Below the pieces are notes generated by a model. The model ran no database searches and was not told the DNA's origin. It saw only the letters and a list, made by a program, of their open reading frames with translations. Position numbers and translations under genes: made by a program. DNA of 34,355 bases from Candidatus Limnocylindrales bacterium (GTDB lineage: Bacteria; Moduliflexota; Moduliflexia; Moduliflexales; JAUQPW01). Positions 1 to 8,711 of the stretch are shown here, piece by piece. The first letter of the stretch is position 1. The number at the start of each line of letters is the position of its first letter. The stretch covers positions 1-34,355 of the forward strand of contig DATMBG010000046.1 in the NCBI GenBank assembly GCA_035559535.1, given 5' to 3'.

Positions 1-234
1 AGGGATGCGTTGGAGGATTTCCGGTATGGACAGGCCGGTTACCAGCATTTTTCCGTTGAAGAGTCGCATGACTTTGTGGGGAGCTTCTCCCACTGCGTCT
101 ACGATGGTGACGCTGTGGCCGGCTCTCTTCAAACTGGAAGCCACATAGGCTAAGCCCAGGGGGGGAGTTAAGGATCGTGTACTGGCATAGTAGGACACCA
201 GAGTAGGTGGACGGACCAATGTGATGTGGGGCAT
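1..234 (-). CDS. Cobalamin (B12)-binding domain protein, probably a B12-dependent radical SAM enzyme; 5' part only, runs off the window
   Basis: Manual translation of the minus strand from ATG at 234: MPHITLVRPPTLVSYYASTRSLTPPLGLAYVASSLKRAGHSVTIVDAVGEAPHKV... The PPLGLAYVAS-L--AGH-V-IVD motif is typical of class B radical SAM N-termini. AAGGAG RBS lies upstream (~244-249). The catalytic domain would be outside the window. Confidence 0.85.
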   Translation of the reverse strand, partial: MPHITLVRPPTLVSYYASTRSLTPPLGLAYVASSLKRAGHSVTIVDAVGEAPHKVMRLFNGKMLVTGLSIPEILQRIP

Positions 235-415
235 ACTCTTTTCTCCTTTAGTCGGTTATGGGATGTTATCCCATAGCCTGACACCCAAGGTTTTAATTAA
301 CTTGAGTTTTTCGTTTGGATAAGGTCTCATCTTGACATTTACTTCTACGATGAAAACATTAAAACTAAGTAGTTAGTAAAGGAGGGAGGCAGGGGAATAG
401 AAGGGGCAGAAAAAG

Positions 416-675
416 AATTTTACCTGGAATTCTTTTGTTTAATTCTCCTGTCTTCCCCTTAACTATCTTATTTTTGAAGGCTTAAAAAATCAGCCTTTTT
501 TAAGCTTTGAAATTTTACCTGAAAGTATAAAAAGATCCTGTTAAAAATGTCAACAAAAAATAAATTTTCCCTGAAATTCTCCTCTATTTAATTTTTAAAT
601 TTTGCTTTAATAGCTTTTATTTTTAATAGATTAGGAGGGAATCGGTCTTTCCAAATTTTGAAATTCTCCCTGAAA
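416..675 (+). repeat. Four dispersed direct repeats AATT(T/C)T(A/C)CCTG(A/G)AA, putative operator sites
   Basis: AATTTTACCTGGAA 416-429, AATTTTACCTGAAA 511-524, AATTTTCCCTGAAA 563-576, AATTCTCCCTGAAA 662-675, all in the divergent intergenic region. Confidence 0.6.
524..553 (-). promoter_or_regulatory. sigma-70-type promoter for the B12 radical SAM gene
   Basis: Minus strand TTGACA (553-548), 18-nt spacer, TATACT (529-524). Confidence 0.6.
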
Positions 676-710
676 AGGTGGGGAGGAAATAGGGGAGCAG
701 GACTATAGAT

Positions 711-1937
711 ATGGACCAGACTCTCTTAAGGTATGTAAAGATTGCCTGTTATGGAATGGAGAAAGAAGATCCGCTGATATCCTGGTTACAACAAACAGGT
801 TATCCGATTACGGTGGTCTCGGATAGGTTGACCTTACTCAGTTTCAATGAGCAGATGAAAGAGGTTTATTTGGTAGTAATCAAAGATCAGATCGATCTGC
901 ATGAAGATTTGGAGGTTCTGGGTCTTCCGGTTCTTTTGATTTTATCCCAGAAACCTCCTCAGTCCGATTTCCCGCCTTTCCTGGAGAATTCCATCTTTGA
1001 TTTTATGTTTCTTCGGGGAGGCCCTTCGGATTTAGAGGAATTGCACTATCGCTTAACACGGCTGGTGGAGCAAAGTCGGGCTCTTTCCATTTCCGACGAA
1101 TATCATTTTGATTTCTTGACCCGGACTTTTCGACATAAAGATCGGGATATTCTTCCGGGTAGAGGGAACCGGCTATATATGGCAATTGCCGTTCTGCGGA
1201 TGCTGGTTCGAAACCGTGGAAAAGCCATCAGTAAGGAAGCTATTCGTCAATATCTGGGACCTCGTGCACCGCTACTGGCCATTATCAATGATCTACGGGT
1301 AGCCCTTCAAGATTATGACAGTGTTTATCTCCAGAAAACTTTTATTCAGTATAGCCGGGAAAATGGAACTTATACCTTCACCGGGCATGTATTATTTCCA
1401 CAGAAGAAAGCTCTCGACGAAAACATTCGACGATTGGTAGAGGAAGCCCTGGTTAAAACCCTGCGTTCCCTTCCAATACGGCGGAAGTTAAAATATGTAT
1501 TGGGAAAACTCAAGTATATTTTAATGACGGATCGGGCCGGGTTGTTCTGCTTTTCCAGGGAAAACAGGAAGTTGTGCCAGTTTATCGGAGACTATCGTAT
1601 TTCCCAGCCGTCAAAGCGGTATGATCAGGTAGAAATAGATTTAGGTTCCTCTAACCTTTCGCCCAAGCTGGATGCACTTTATCGATACTTGTTGGAACCC
1701 AAGGATTTAAACTCTAATTTTTATGTAGCCTGTGAGATTCCACAGTGTGGAGCCGATTGTTGCATCTATGTAGGTCGTTCTAGAGAATATGAAATTTATC
1801 TGTTGGTAGATGATCTTACCCGATCACGTACTTTTAATCCCATTGATTTAAAATACTGTCGAGATATTCTCAGGCTAAGCAGCGTGCAGAAATTACTCAG
1901 CCAACTCTTAGTTCAGTGGGAGAGTGAAAAGAAATAG
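711..1937 (+). CDS. Atypical transcriptional regulator: degenerate receiver, OmpR/PhoB-type winged helix, C-terminal GAF-like domain
   Basis: Receiver-like spacing (YLVVIKD, PVLLILSQ, DFMF...DLEELHYRLTRL); wHTH-like LRMLVRNRGKAISKEAI...IINDLRVAL...FIQYSRENGTYTF; GAF-like LKYILMTDRAGLFCF...YLLVDDLTRSRTFNPIDL. GGAG/AGGA RBS upstream. Confidence 0.6.
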   Translation: MDQTLLRYVKIACYGMEKEDPLISWLQQTGYPITVVSDRLTLLSFNEQMKEVYLVVIKDQIDLHEDLEVLGLPVLLILSQKPPQSDFPPFLENSIFDFMFLRGGPSDLEELHYRLTRLVEQSRALSISDEYHFDFLTRTFRHKDRDILPGRGNRLYMAIAVLRMLVRNRGKAISKEAIRQYLGPRAPLLAIINDLRVALQDYDSVYLQKTFIQYSRENGTYTFTGHVLFPQKKALDENIRRLVEEALVKTLRSLPIRRKLKYVLGKLKYILMTDRAGLFCFSRENRKLCQFIGDYRISQPSKRYDQVEIDLGSSNLSPKLDALYRYLLEPKDLNSNFYVACEIPQCGADCCIYVGRSREYEIYLLVDDLTRSRTFNPIDLKYCRDILRLSSVQKLLSQLLVQWESEKK

Positions 1938-1948
1938 GCCTATCCTGA

Positions 1949-2992
1949 TCATTCCCTTCGGAATAAAGAGCCTAAAATGCTTTGATAAGCTTCGCAGGGG
2001 GTCCAACACTGGGGACATTTATACTCCCAGATTTCCTTCTGGAGTTTTTGACACTTCTCAGAATTCCAGATTCGCGATAGATCATACCCGTTCTCTCGAA
2101 TATCCCCTACCACGCGACTATACATCCCGCAGGGATAGACTTTACCAAAGGGATCCAGAAAGCAAGAGGATTTTAAAGAATGGCACCGAATCGGAGTTTT
2201 TCCGGTTTGAAGGTAGCTTTCTACCCGCTTTAAATATTCCCTCTCTAAAAAGGAAACCGGGTTAGTCGGCATACCTCGATGCCGTAGGTATTTTTTAACT
2301 TCTGTAATCAATTTTTCCTGATTTCCCTGATAGGGATCTTGATCCTCATTACTATAATAGTGTCCAGATACATGGGCGATATTAACGTGAAAATCCTCAT
2401 AGGTAAGCCAGTCACACTCTCGCTTCGCCGCCTGAAAGGCTACTTCAATCTGATCGGCGTTGTAGGCGGATAAGGTCATCCCTAAAACCGTCTTGACTCC
2501 TGGAATCCCATGAAGTTGCTTAAAGGTTTCTATCTGGCGCTTCCAACCTCCTTTGATTCCCCGAACTTCATCATTAACCGTTTCATCTCCATCCATACTG
2601 ACGGTAATGATCAGCTTTGGAGGTTTCCAGCCCATGATCTTTTCCACCGACGAGACAATTTTATCCGTTAAGTAACCGTTTGTTGGAAAGTGCAATAAGA
2701 GTAAGTTCTGACAGTTGGATAAAACTGCTTCCACAATACCCAGAAAATCCTTCCTCAGAAACACCTCTCCGCCGGTTAGATCTACCCATGAAAATTGGTT
2801 GGAGTTACGAAAGAACTGCTGAATTTCTTTTAACGAAAGCTCATTTACAGGCTTCTTTTGCCAGATATTGCAGGTCTTACAACGATAATTACACCAATAT
2901 GTCAGAGCATAGGTGAGCTTATAGGGAAAGTCTAATCTCTTTAGGTTGGATACCAAGATATTTTTTGCAAGGGCTAGATAAGGTGATAACAC
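1949..2992 (-). CDS. Radical SAM protein with SPASM/twitch domain
   Basis: CNYRCKTC (CxxxCxxC), TGGEVF, TNG, SMDG; C-terminal C...CFLDPFGKVYPC...CPQCWTPC. GTG start uncertain. Confidence 0.9.
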   Translation of the reverse strand: MLSPYLALAKNILVSNLKRLDFPYKLTYALTYWCNYRCKTCNIWQKKPVNELSLKEIQQFFRNSNQFSWVDLTGGEVFLRKDFLGIVEAVLSNCQNLLLLHFPTNGYLTDKIVSSVEKIMGWKPPKLIITVSMDGDETVNDEVRGIKGGWKRQIETFKQLHGIPGVKTVLGMTLSAYNADQIEVAFQAAKRECDWLTYEDFHVNIAHVSGHYYSNEDQDPYQGNQEKLITEVKKYLRHRGMPTNPVSFLEREYLKRVESYLQTGKTPIRCHSLKSSCFLDPFGKVYPCGMYSRVVGDIRENGYDLSRIWNSEKCQKLQKEIWEYKCPQCWTPCEAYQSILGSLFRRE

Positions 2993-3144
2993 GATGTTAA
3001 ATGTCTCTTTATAACTTATCAGCTACAAAGGCACTGAAATCTCGGAAGACTAATCCTAGAAGATGGAGAAAAGCACTATTTTTTCATCCTGGCTACTTTT
3101 ACCGCCCTTGATCTTCCTACCTTCAGGTCTTTATCGCTGAGAAG

Positions 3145-3822
3145 TTAAAAAATATTTTTGATCAAACTCCAGATGTATCGATACCATACTTTTCTCAACA
3201 CAATAACCGATTTTCCATAACGTCTTGCATATTCATGGGTGGGAACCTCACCGACCCGGTACCCTTTTTTCAGACATTTCATGGTCATTTCCTGCTCAAT
3301 GGTAGTAATGTTTTCCTTAAGATTCAAGGCCCTGGCCACTTCGGTTCGGATAGCTCGAAATCCATTCTGGCTATCCGTTAAGCGGACATTCCACCGGTAA
3401 TTGATGGCTATTAAAATGAGATCGGCTCCAACCATTCGGAGAAGTTTCTGAATATCCCCGTGTAATTCATCGCTTCCTCCTCGTCCCCGGGAACCCACGA
3501 CCAAATCGGCCTCATCGTCTAAGATAGGTTGGACCAGCCGGGGAATATCATTGGGATCATGGGACCCATCGGCATCTAGAAAAACCAGAATATCACTATC
3601 AACTTGTTGAATGGCCGTGCGGATCCCATCCCCTTTTCCTTTACCATGGTCCAGGAGAACCCGCGCTCCTTCCCTTTCGGCAATGACTCGGGTGTTATCG
3701 GTGGAATGCCCATCGACCACCACCACTTCGTCAACAAGCGGTTTGGTATTTCGGATGATTTCCCCGATGGTTTTCTCTTCATTTCGGGCCAGAATAACTG
3801 CGCAAATGCGTTTTTGCTGCAT
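3145..3822 (-). CDS. Glycosyltransferase family 2 (DPM1/polyprenol-phosphate glycosyltransferase-like)
   Basis: ARNEE, VVDGHSTDNT, GKGDG, FLDADGSHDP, DSQNGFRA, RRYGKS motifs. Confidence 0.92.
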   Translation of the reverse strand: MQQKRICAVILARNEEKTIGEIIRNTKPLVDEVVVVDGHSTDNTRVIAEREGARVLLDHGKGKGDGIRTAIQQVDSDILVFLDADGSHDPNDIPRLVQPILDDEADLVVGSRGRGGSDELHGDIQKLLRMVGADLILIAINYRWNVRLTDSQNGFRAIRTEVARALNLKENITTIEQEMTMKCLKKGYRVGEVPTHEYARRYGKSVIVLRKVWYRYIWSLIKNIF

Positions 3823-4103
3823 AAGTCAACCCCTTTCCAAGTTCCCATCCTAAAAACATTGTCTAACTTAATCCGCCTATTTCCTTTTATTTAACAGGAT
3901 TCCTTTAACATGAGAGTAATTTAGTCAATGCTCTAAAAGAAGTCAAGAATTATCCGTGGGTTGGATCTTCTCTTTCTATAAAATTTTGATGGGGATTCTA
4001 AAACTTAAATATCCTGACTTTTTTAAGTTATTGAAAATCAAAGTGCTTAAACTATTCGGGTCAGAAGAAACAGAGAAAATTTCATGGGGAATTTCTTTTT
4101 CTG

Positions 4104-4132
4104 TTGACAGAGGATTTCTTCGATAATACTTT
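4104..4132 (+). promoter_or_regulatory. Putative sigma-70 promoter of the 849-aa membrane protein gene
   Basis: TTGACA (4104-4109), N17, TACTTT (4127-4132). Confidence 0.45.
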
Positions 4133-4200
4133 CTGCATGACAGATACCAGGTGTGGGACCGGGTTAGAAAGCCAATCGGTTAGGTTATAAGGAGTAAGAC

Positions 4201-6750
4201 ATGAAGTTGCTTTCTCATAAGGCTTTTTTAAAGCTTATTAATGCTCTCATCATTTTAGAATTTTCAGGCCTGTTGGTTCGTCATTTTATAGGTCCTATCT
4301 CTTTTAAATTTGTAGGATTTAAATTCAGCCTGACCAATTATGAAAAACCCCTTTTAATTATTACCGGGTTATGGATTCTCCGGCAGATCCTTGTTTACTT
4401 TCCTTTCCGAAAACTCCAGAAAACCCTCACCGGCAAAGGATATACCTACTATCTGGGAATCCTCATTATCTCCGCAGCCACTCTCCTGTTGGAAATTACC
4501 ATGACCCGTATCTTTGCGGTTATTTTTTTCAATCAATTTGCTTTTCTGATTATCAGTACCGCACTGTTTGGCTTCGGGTTCAGTGGGGTTGTGCTCTCCA
4601 TATCGCGACGCATTCATACCTATACTTTAGATAAATTTTTAACCTTTTTATCTTTAGCCTTTGGAGTCGGTACCCTGATAACCCTCAAAGTCGTAGTGGA
4701 TGTACCTTTAAGATTTAGTGCTATTTCTCAAGAGCCTATTCAACTCTTTTATTTGACCGTTTATTATTTGGCCCTGGGAACTCCCTTCTTCTTCTCGGGA
4801 ATGATCATAGCCCTGCTTCTCTCCCATCTGCCGAAGCAGGTAAATACCTTGTACTTCTATGATTTATTGGGAGCCGGGATCGGATGCTTTATTATGGTGT
4901 TATTGATTTCTAAACTGGGAGGATCTGGAACGGTCATTTTCTCTGCCCTGATGGGCTTTGCCGGCGCCATTTTTTTTAGTTTTTATACCCATAAAAAGTT
5001 CATTTTCCTGAGCTGTCTTTTTTTAGTTGCCGGTGCCTTTCTCCTTCCCTATGCAGATAAATATTTCGAGATTCAGGTCCATGAGATCAAACGAACCTTT
5101 AATTTCGATGTAAAGACAGGTAAAGTCGAATTCACACGCTGGAGTGCGGTATCTCGTGTAGATGTGGCCGATATGTTCCCTTACAAGATTATATGGATTA
5201 ATGGAGGTACGAACACCGCTTATATGGTTCCTTATCGTGAAGGTGCCCCCCTACCGTCTCCCTCTGCATTGGCGCCTGTAGTTTATCGGCTCAAGAAGAA
5301 CTTTGATATCCTTATTGTAGGTCCGGCAGGCGGTGCAGAAGTGCTAGAGGCCCTTTCCTACGGATCTAACTCCATAATCGGTGTGGAATTAGATCCCATC
5401 ATTACAGATATTGTTCAGAACGAGTACAAAGCCTTCATAGGGAATATTTATGGCCGACCCAATGTAAAGCTTATCAATGATGAAGGGAGAAGCTACATAA
5501 GTCGAAGCAGGGAAAAGTTCGATATTATTCAACAGATTAATAATGCCTCCCCCATTGCCATTGCTTCAGGGGCTCTTAATCTTTCGGAAAGCTATTTACT
5601 GACGGTAGAAGCCTTTCATGCTTACCTGGATCACCTCAAGGAGGATGGTTACCTTTACATCCGTCGTCAGGGTGCCATACGCCTGGCCTCGGTGGCTGCC
5701 CAAACCCTTCGAGAAAGGGGTATTACAAATCCACAAGATTATATGGTAATTATCTCGGAAGGGTCTCCTATTCGGGAAGGATTTTGTTTGAAGAAAAGCC
5801 CTATTACCCCGGAAGAGATTGAAAAGTTTCAGAAGTATGTGGAGGGTTTTCCCAATTACAAAATGCTGTATGATCCTTCCATGAAACAGGATGATAATCT
5901 TTATTACCACATCATATCCAGGGAGAACGGCTGGAAAGACTACTTAGATGTGGGTTTTAATCTTTCTCCAGCTACAGACGATCGACCTTTTTTCAACCAT
6001 TTCAAAAGGTTTGCCTCTTTTAAGCTATCGGATCAATTACCCGAGCCTTTAGAAGTCCTGGTGGGGGGAGGGCGTATCGAGTCGGATACCGTGCTTTTGA
6101 TTATCCTGGCCGAAGCCGCTATTTTATCGGTCCTTTTTATTATCCTGCCCCTTTATTTATTCAATCGAGCAGGACTCAGAACCCGGGACAAAGGAAAATT
6201 TCTCATCTACTTCTTTTCCCTGGGTCTCGGTTTTATTCTGATAGAAATCAGCCTGATACAAAAATTTACCCTGTTTATTGGTTATCCGGCTCACTCCATA
6301 ACCGCTGTTCTATTCTCCATCCTTGTTTCGGCAGGTATAGGGAGTTATCTTTCTGGCAGGTTTGTGACCCATATTCCCAGGGCCTTAACTTTCATTATCC
6401 TCGGCATTACCCTTCAGCTTATTGTTCAATTAATGTTTACCGTAACCCTCTTTGAAACCTTTCTGGGGCAGCCTCTGGCCATAAGGATTTTAATCTCTAT
6501 TGCTGTGATCATGCCACTGGGACTTTTATTGGGGATGCCTTTCCCGCTGGGAATTAGGATGGTAGACCATATAGCTCCTAAATTGATTCCCTGGGTTTGG
6601 GGGATTAACGGTTATGCTACCGTCATCGGTTCTGTGCTGTGTGTCATTTTGGCTCTTGTCTTCGGATTTAAAGTGGTATTAATTCTGGCCGGAGTTATTT
6701 ATTTACTGGGTCTTCTGGCCTTTTTAAGTATTGGAGCCGAAAAAAGTTAG
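4201..6750 (+). CDS. Polytopic membrane protein with central spermidine-synthase-like class I SAM-binding domain
   Basis: Hydrophobic N- and C-terminal helical bundles (LLEITMTRIF, YFYDLLGAGIG, LGMPFPLGI, WGINGYATVIGS) flank ILIVGPAGGAEV...GVELDP...DEGRSYI...FDII and PATDDRPFF. AAGGAG RBS. Confidence 0.85.
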   Translation: MKLLSHKAFLKLINALIILEFSGLLVRHFIGPISFKFVGFKFSLTNYEKPLLIITGLWILRQILVYFPFRKLQKTLTGKGYTYYLGILIISAATLLLEITMTRIFAVIFFNQFAFLIISTALFGFGFSGVVLSISRRIHTYTLDKFLTFLSLAFGVGTLITLKVVVDVPLRFSAISQEPIQLFYLTVYYLALGTPFFFSGMIIALLLSHLPKQVNTLYFYDLLGAGIGCFIMVLLISKLGGSGTVIFSALMGFAGAIFFSFYTHKKFIFLSCLFLVAGAFLLPYADKYFEIQVHEIKRTFNFDVKTGKVEFTRWSAVSRVDVADMFPYKIIWINGGTNTAYMVPYREGAPLPSPSALAPVVYRLKKNFDILIVGPAGGAEVLEALSYGSNSIIGVELDPIITDIVQNEYKAFIGNIYGRPNVKLINDEGRSYISRSREKFDIIQQINNASPIAIASGALNLSESYLLTVEAFHAYLDHLKEDGYLYIRRQGAIRLASVAAQTLRERGITNPQDYMVIISEGSPIREGFCLKKSPITPEEIEKFQKYVEGFPNYKMLYDPSMKQDDNLYYHIISRENGWKDYLDVGFNLSPATDDRPFFNHFKRFASFKLSDQLPEPLEVLVGGGRIESDTVLLIILAEAAILSVLFIILPLYLFNRAGLRTRDKGKFLIYFFSLGLGFILIEISLIQKFTLFIGYPAHSITAVLFSILVSAGIGSYLSGRFVTHIPRALTFIILGITLQLIVQLMFTVTLFETFLGQPLAIRILISIAVIMPLGLLLGMPFPLGIRMVDHIAPKLIPWVWGINGYATVIGSVLCVILALVFGFKVVLILAGVIYLLGLLAFLSIGAEKS

Positions 6751-6893
6751 TTTTTACCCCTGGTCGACGCCAACATAGAGGAAAGGAGTATTTCCTGACT
6801 TCGCTTCCCAGGTCTAAACTTGAACTTAAAGGTCTGGAGGCCGGGTCCTTATTCCCCGTTTCGTAGGGAAAAGATCTTTTATAAGGCCGGGCT

Positions 6894-7433
6894 TTAAGCT
6901 CCTTCCCGTTCCGTAGTGATCCGTATAGGGTTAGGGGGTAGATTTAAAACTTCTTCAGAGAAATGATCTACCAGGTAATCGACGATATCCTTTACTGAGA
7001 CAATCCCAACAGGCTTATGGGCCTCATCTACCAGAGGGATATGGCGGAATCCCCCGATATGCATACGATTCAATGCGAAGGCAATCATATCATCCGGCTG
7101 GAGACAATCCGGGTTTCGGGTCATCAACGTCTCGATGGGAGTGGTGGACAGGTCTAGAGGGGTTCCAACAATTTTCATCAGTACATCCCGTTCTGTGAAG
7201 ATGCCGGTCAATTTCCCATTTCTTACCACCAGCATACACCCAATCCGGTTTTTCTTCATCAAATCCAGGGCCTGGGCAACAGAACTCCCCTCTTCCAGGA
7301 GGATGGGTTTGTGCAGAGGGAGATTTCGGATAGGGACTTTGATCGTGCTTTCATCGAGGACCTTAGGGGTACTTCCAGATTCTTCATACATTTGCCTGAT
7401 TTCGTCATCGATAATCTCACGATCCATAATCAC
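6894..7433 (-). CDS. CBS domain (Bateman pair) protein
   Basis: Two CBS repeats: GIFTERDVL and GFRHIPLVD...GIVSVKDIV. Start may be ATG at 7427. Confidence 0.92.
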   Translation of the reverse strand: MIMDREIIDDEIRQMYEESGSTPKVLDESTIKVPIRNLPLHKPILLEEGSSVAQALDLMKKNRIGCMLVVRNGKLTGIFTERDVLMKIVGTPLDLSTTPIETLMTRNPDCLQPDDMIAFALNRMHIGGFRHIPLVDEAHKPVGIVSVKDIVDYLVDHFSEEVLNLPPNPIRITTEREGA

Positions 7434-7449
7434 AGCGTATAGGAAGGTC

Positions 7450-7475
7450 GGAGTATGGGAGTTCTCCCATACTCC
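7450..7475. repeat. Intergenic palindrome of the GGAGTA(T/G) purine-rich family
   Basis: GGAGTATGGGAG-TT-CTCCCATACTCC, perfect 12-bp arms. Confidence 0.75.
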
Positions 7476-7492
7476 TGGACTCCTACCTCACT

Positions 7493-8536
7493 TTATTCTG
7501 GAATTACCCAGGTATTTCCACCGGTAAGAAGGGCGTCCAGGTCTCCTTCTCCAAGCTGTTTTTTAGCGTTCAGGATCTGTTCTGTCATCTCCATATCGTA
7601 AGTCGGACGCTGTACACAACGGAATACCCCAACCGGTGTTGGGAATCCGGGATGATCCGGCAGATGGCTCAAAATATAAGCCAGTGTAGGTTCCTGGGCC
7701 GTTTCATCATGAACTAAAAGGTCATCTAAGGCATAACCGTCTTTTAAAGAGACCACCCGGGGTTTTAAGCCTTCCAGCTTAATCCCCTTATCCCGGTTTT
7801 TTCCAAATACCAGGGGCTTTCCATGTTCCAGGTAAAGGACATTATCATCCTTTACATCCTTTTCGGTCAGATGGGAAAAGGCTCCATCGTTAAAGATATT
7901 ACAGTTCTGATAGATTTCTATGAAAGCAGTCCCCTTATGACGGGCCGCACGCCGTATCATTTCTTGAAGATGCTTGGGGTCTCGATCTATGGTACGGGCC
8001 ACAAAAGTTCCTTCAGCCCCTAAAGCTACCGAGATAGGATTGAAAGGATGGTCGATGGAACCGAAGGGTGTAGAGTATGTCTTCTTTCCGTATTCCGAGG
8101 TTGGAGAATACTGACCCTTGGTTAATCCATAAATTTTATTGTTGAACAACAGGATCTTGACATCTACGTTGCGACGTAGGATATGAATAAGGTGATTTCC
8201 TCCGATACTCAATCCATCACCATCCCCGGTAGCGATCCATACCGATAGATCCTGGTTAATACATTTTACACCTGTAGCAATGGCGGGAGCCCGGCCATGG
8301 ATTCCATGAAAACCATATGTATTCATGTAGTAGGGGAATCGACTGGAACAGCCTATTCCGGCGACAAAAACATAATTTTCCCGTTTGATACCCAATTCCG
8401 GCAGGACTCTTTGAACCTGCGCTAAAATGGAATAATCCCCACAACCCGGGCACCAACGTACATCCTGATCCGATTCAAAATCTTTTTTGGTTAAGGGAGG
8501 TGGATTTCCGTTATCGGTTGTTTTGACAGTACTCAT
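7493..8536 (-). CDS. korB: 2-oxoacid:ferredoxin oxidoreductase beta subunit
   Basis: WCPGCGD, GIGCSSR, IHGRA, TPP motif GDGDGLSIGGNH...NNKIYGLTKGQYSPT. Start set to ATG 8536 because the GTG at 8557 lies inside a repeat arm. Confidence 0.95.
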   Translation of the reverse strand: MSTVKTTDNGNPPPLTKKDFESDQDVRWCPGCGDYSILAQVQRVLPELGIKRENYVFVAGIGCSSRFPYYMNTYGFHGIHGRAPAIATGVKCINQDLSVWIATGDGDGLSIGGNHLIHILRRNVDVKILLFNNKIYGLTKGQYSPTSEYGKKTYSTPFGSIDHPFNPISVALGAEGTFVARTIDRDPKHLQEMIRRAARHKGTAFIEIYQNCNIFNDGAFSHLTEKDVKDDNVLYLEHGKPLVFGKNRDKGIKLEGLKPRVVSLKDGYALDDLLVHDETAQEPTLAYILSHLPDHPGFPTPVGVFRCVQRPTYDMEMTEQILNAKKQLGEGDLDALLTGGNTWVIPE

Positions 8537-8551
8537 AGAAATGTAATTTTT

Positions 8552-8699
8552 AACCACGAAGATACTAAGACTTAACCATCACCCTCCCCCGTTCCTTCTC
8601 TCCGGAGTAAGCCTGTCGAACCCGTGGAAACTGTAGGAGCGAGGGTCTGAGGTAAAGAGGATTTTGGACTTTCCTTTGGGTCTTTGTATCTTGGTGGTT
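8552..8699. repeat. 148-bp MITE/REP-like element with 20-bp terminal inverted repeats
   Basis: AACCACGAAGATACTAAGAC (8552-8571) matches the reverse complement of GTCTTTGTATCTTGGTGGTT (8680-8699) at 18/20; there is an internal imperfect hairpin. Confidence 0.65.
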
Positions 8700-8711
8700 G
8701 AATCTTTTCAG

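Noticed and set aside
416..675. Direct repeats as a degenerate CRISPR array
   Set aside because: Repeats are only 14 bp, spacing is irregular (95, 52, 99 bp) and there are no cas genes
1924..2265. 113-aa plus-strand ORF after the regulator
   Set aside because: Antisense shadow of the radical SAM gene; the same applies to the other short ORFs nested in long genes
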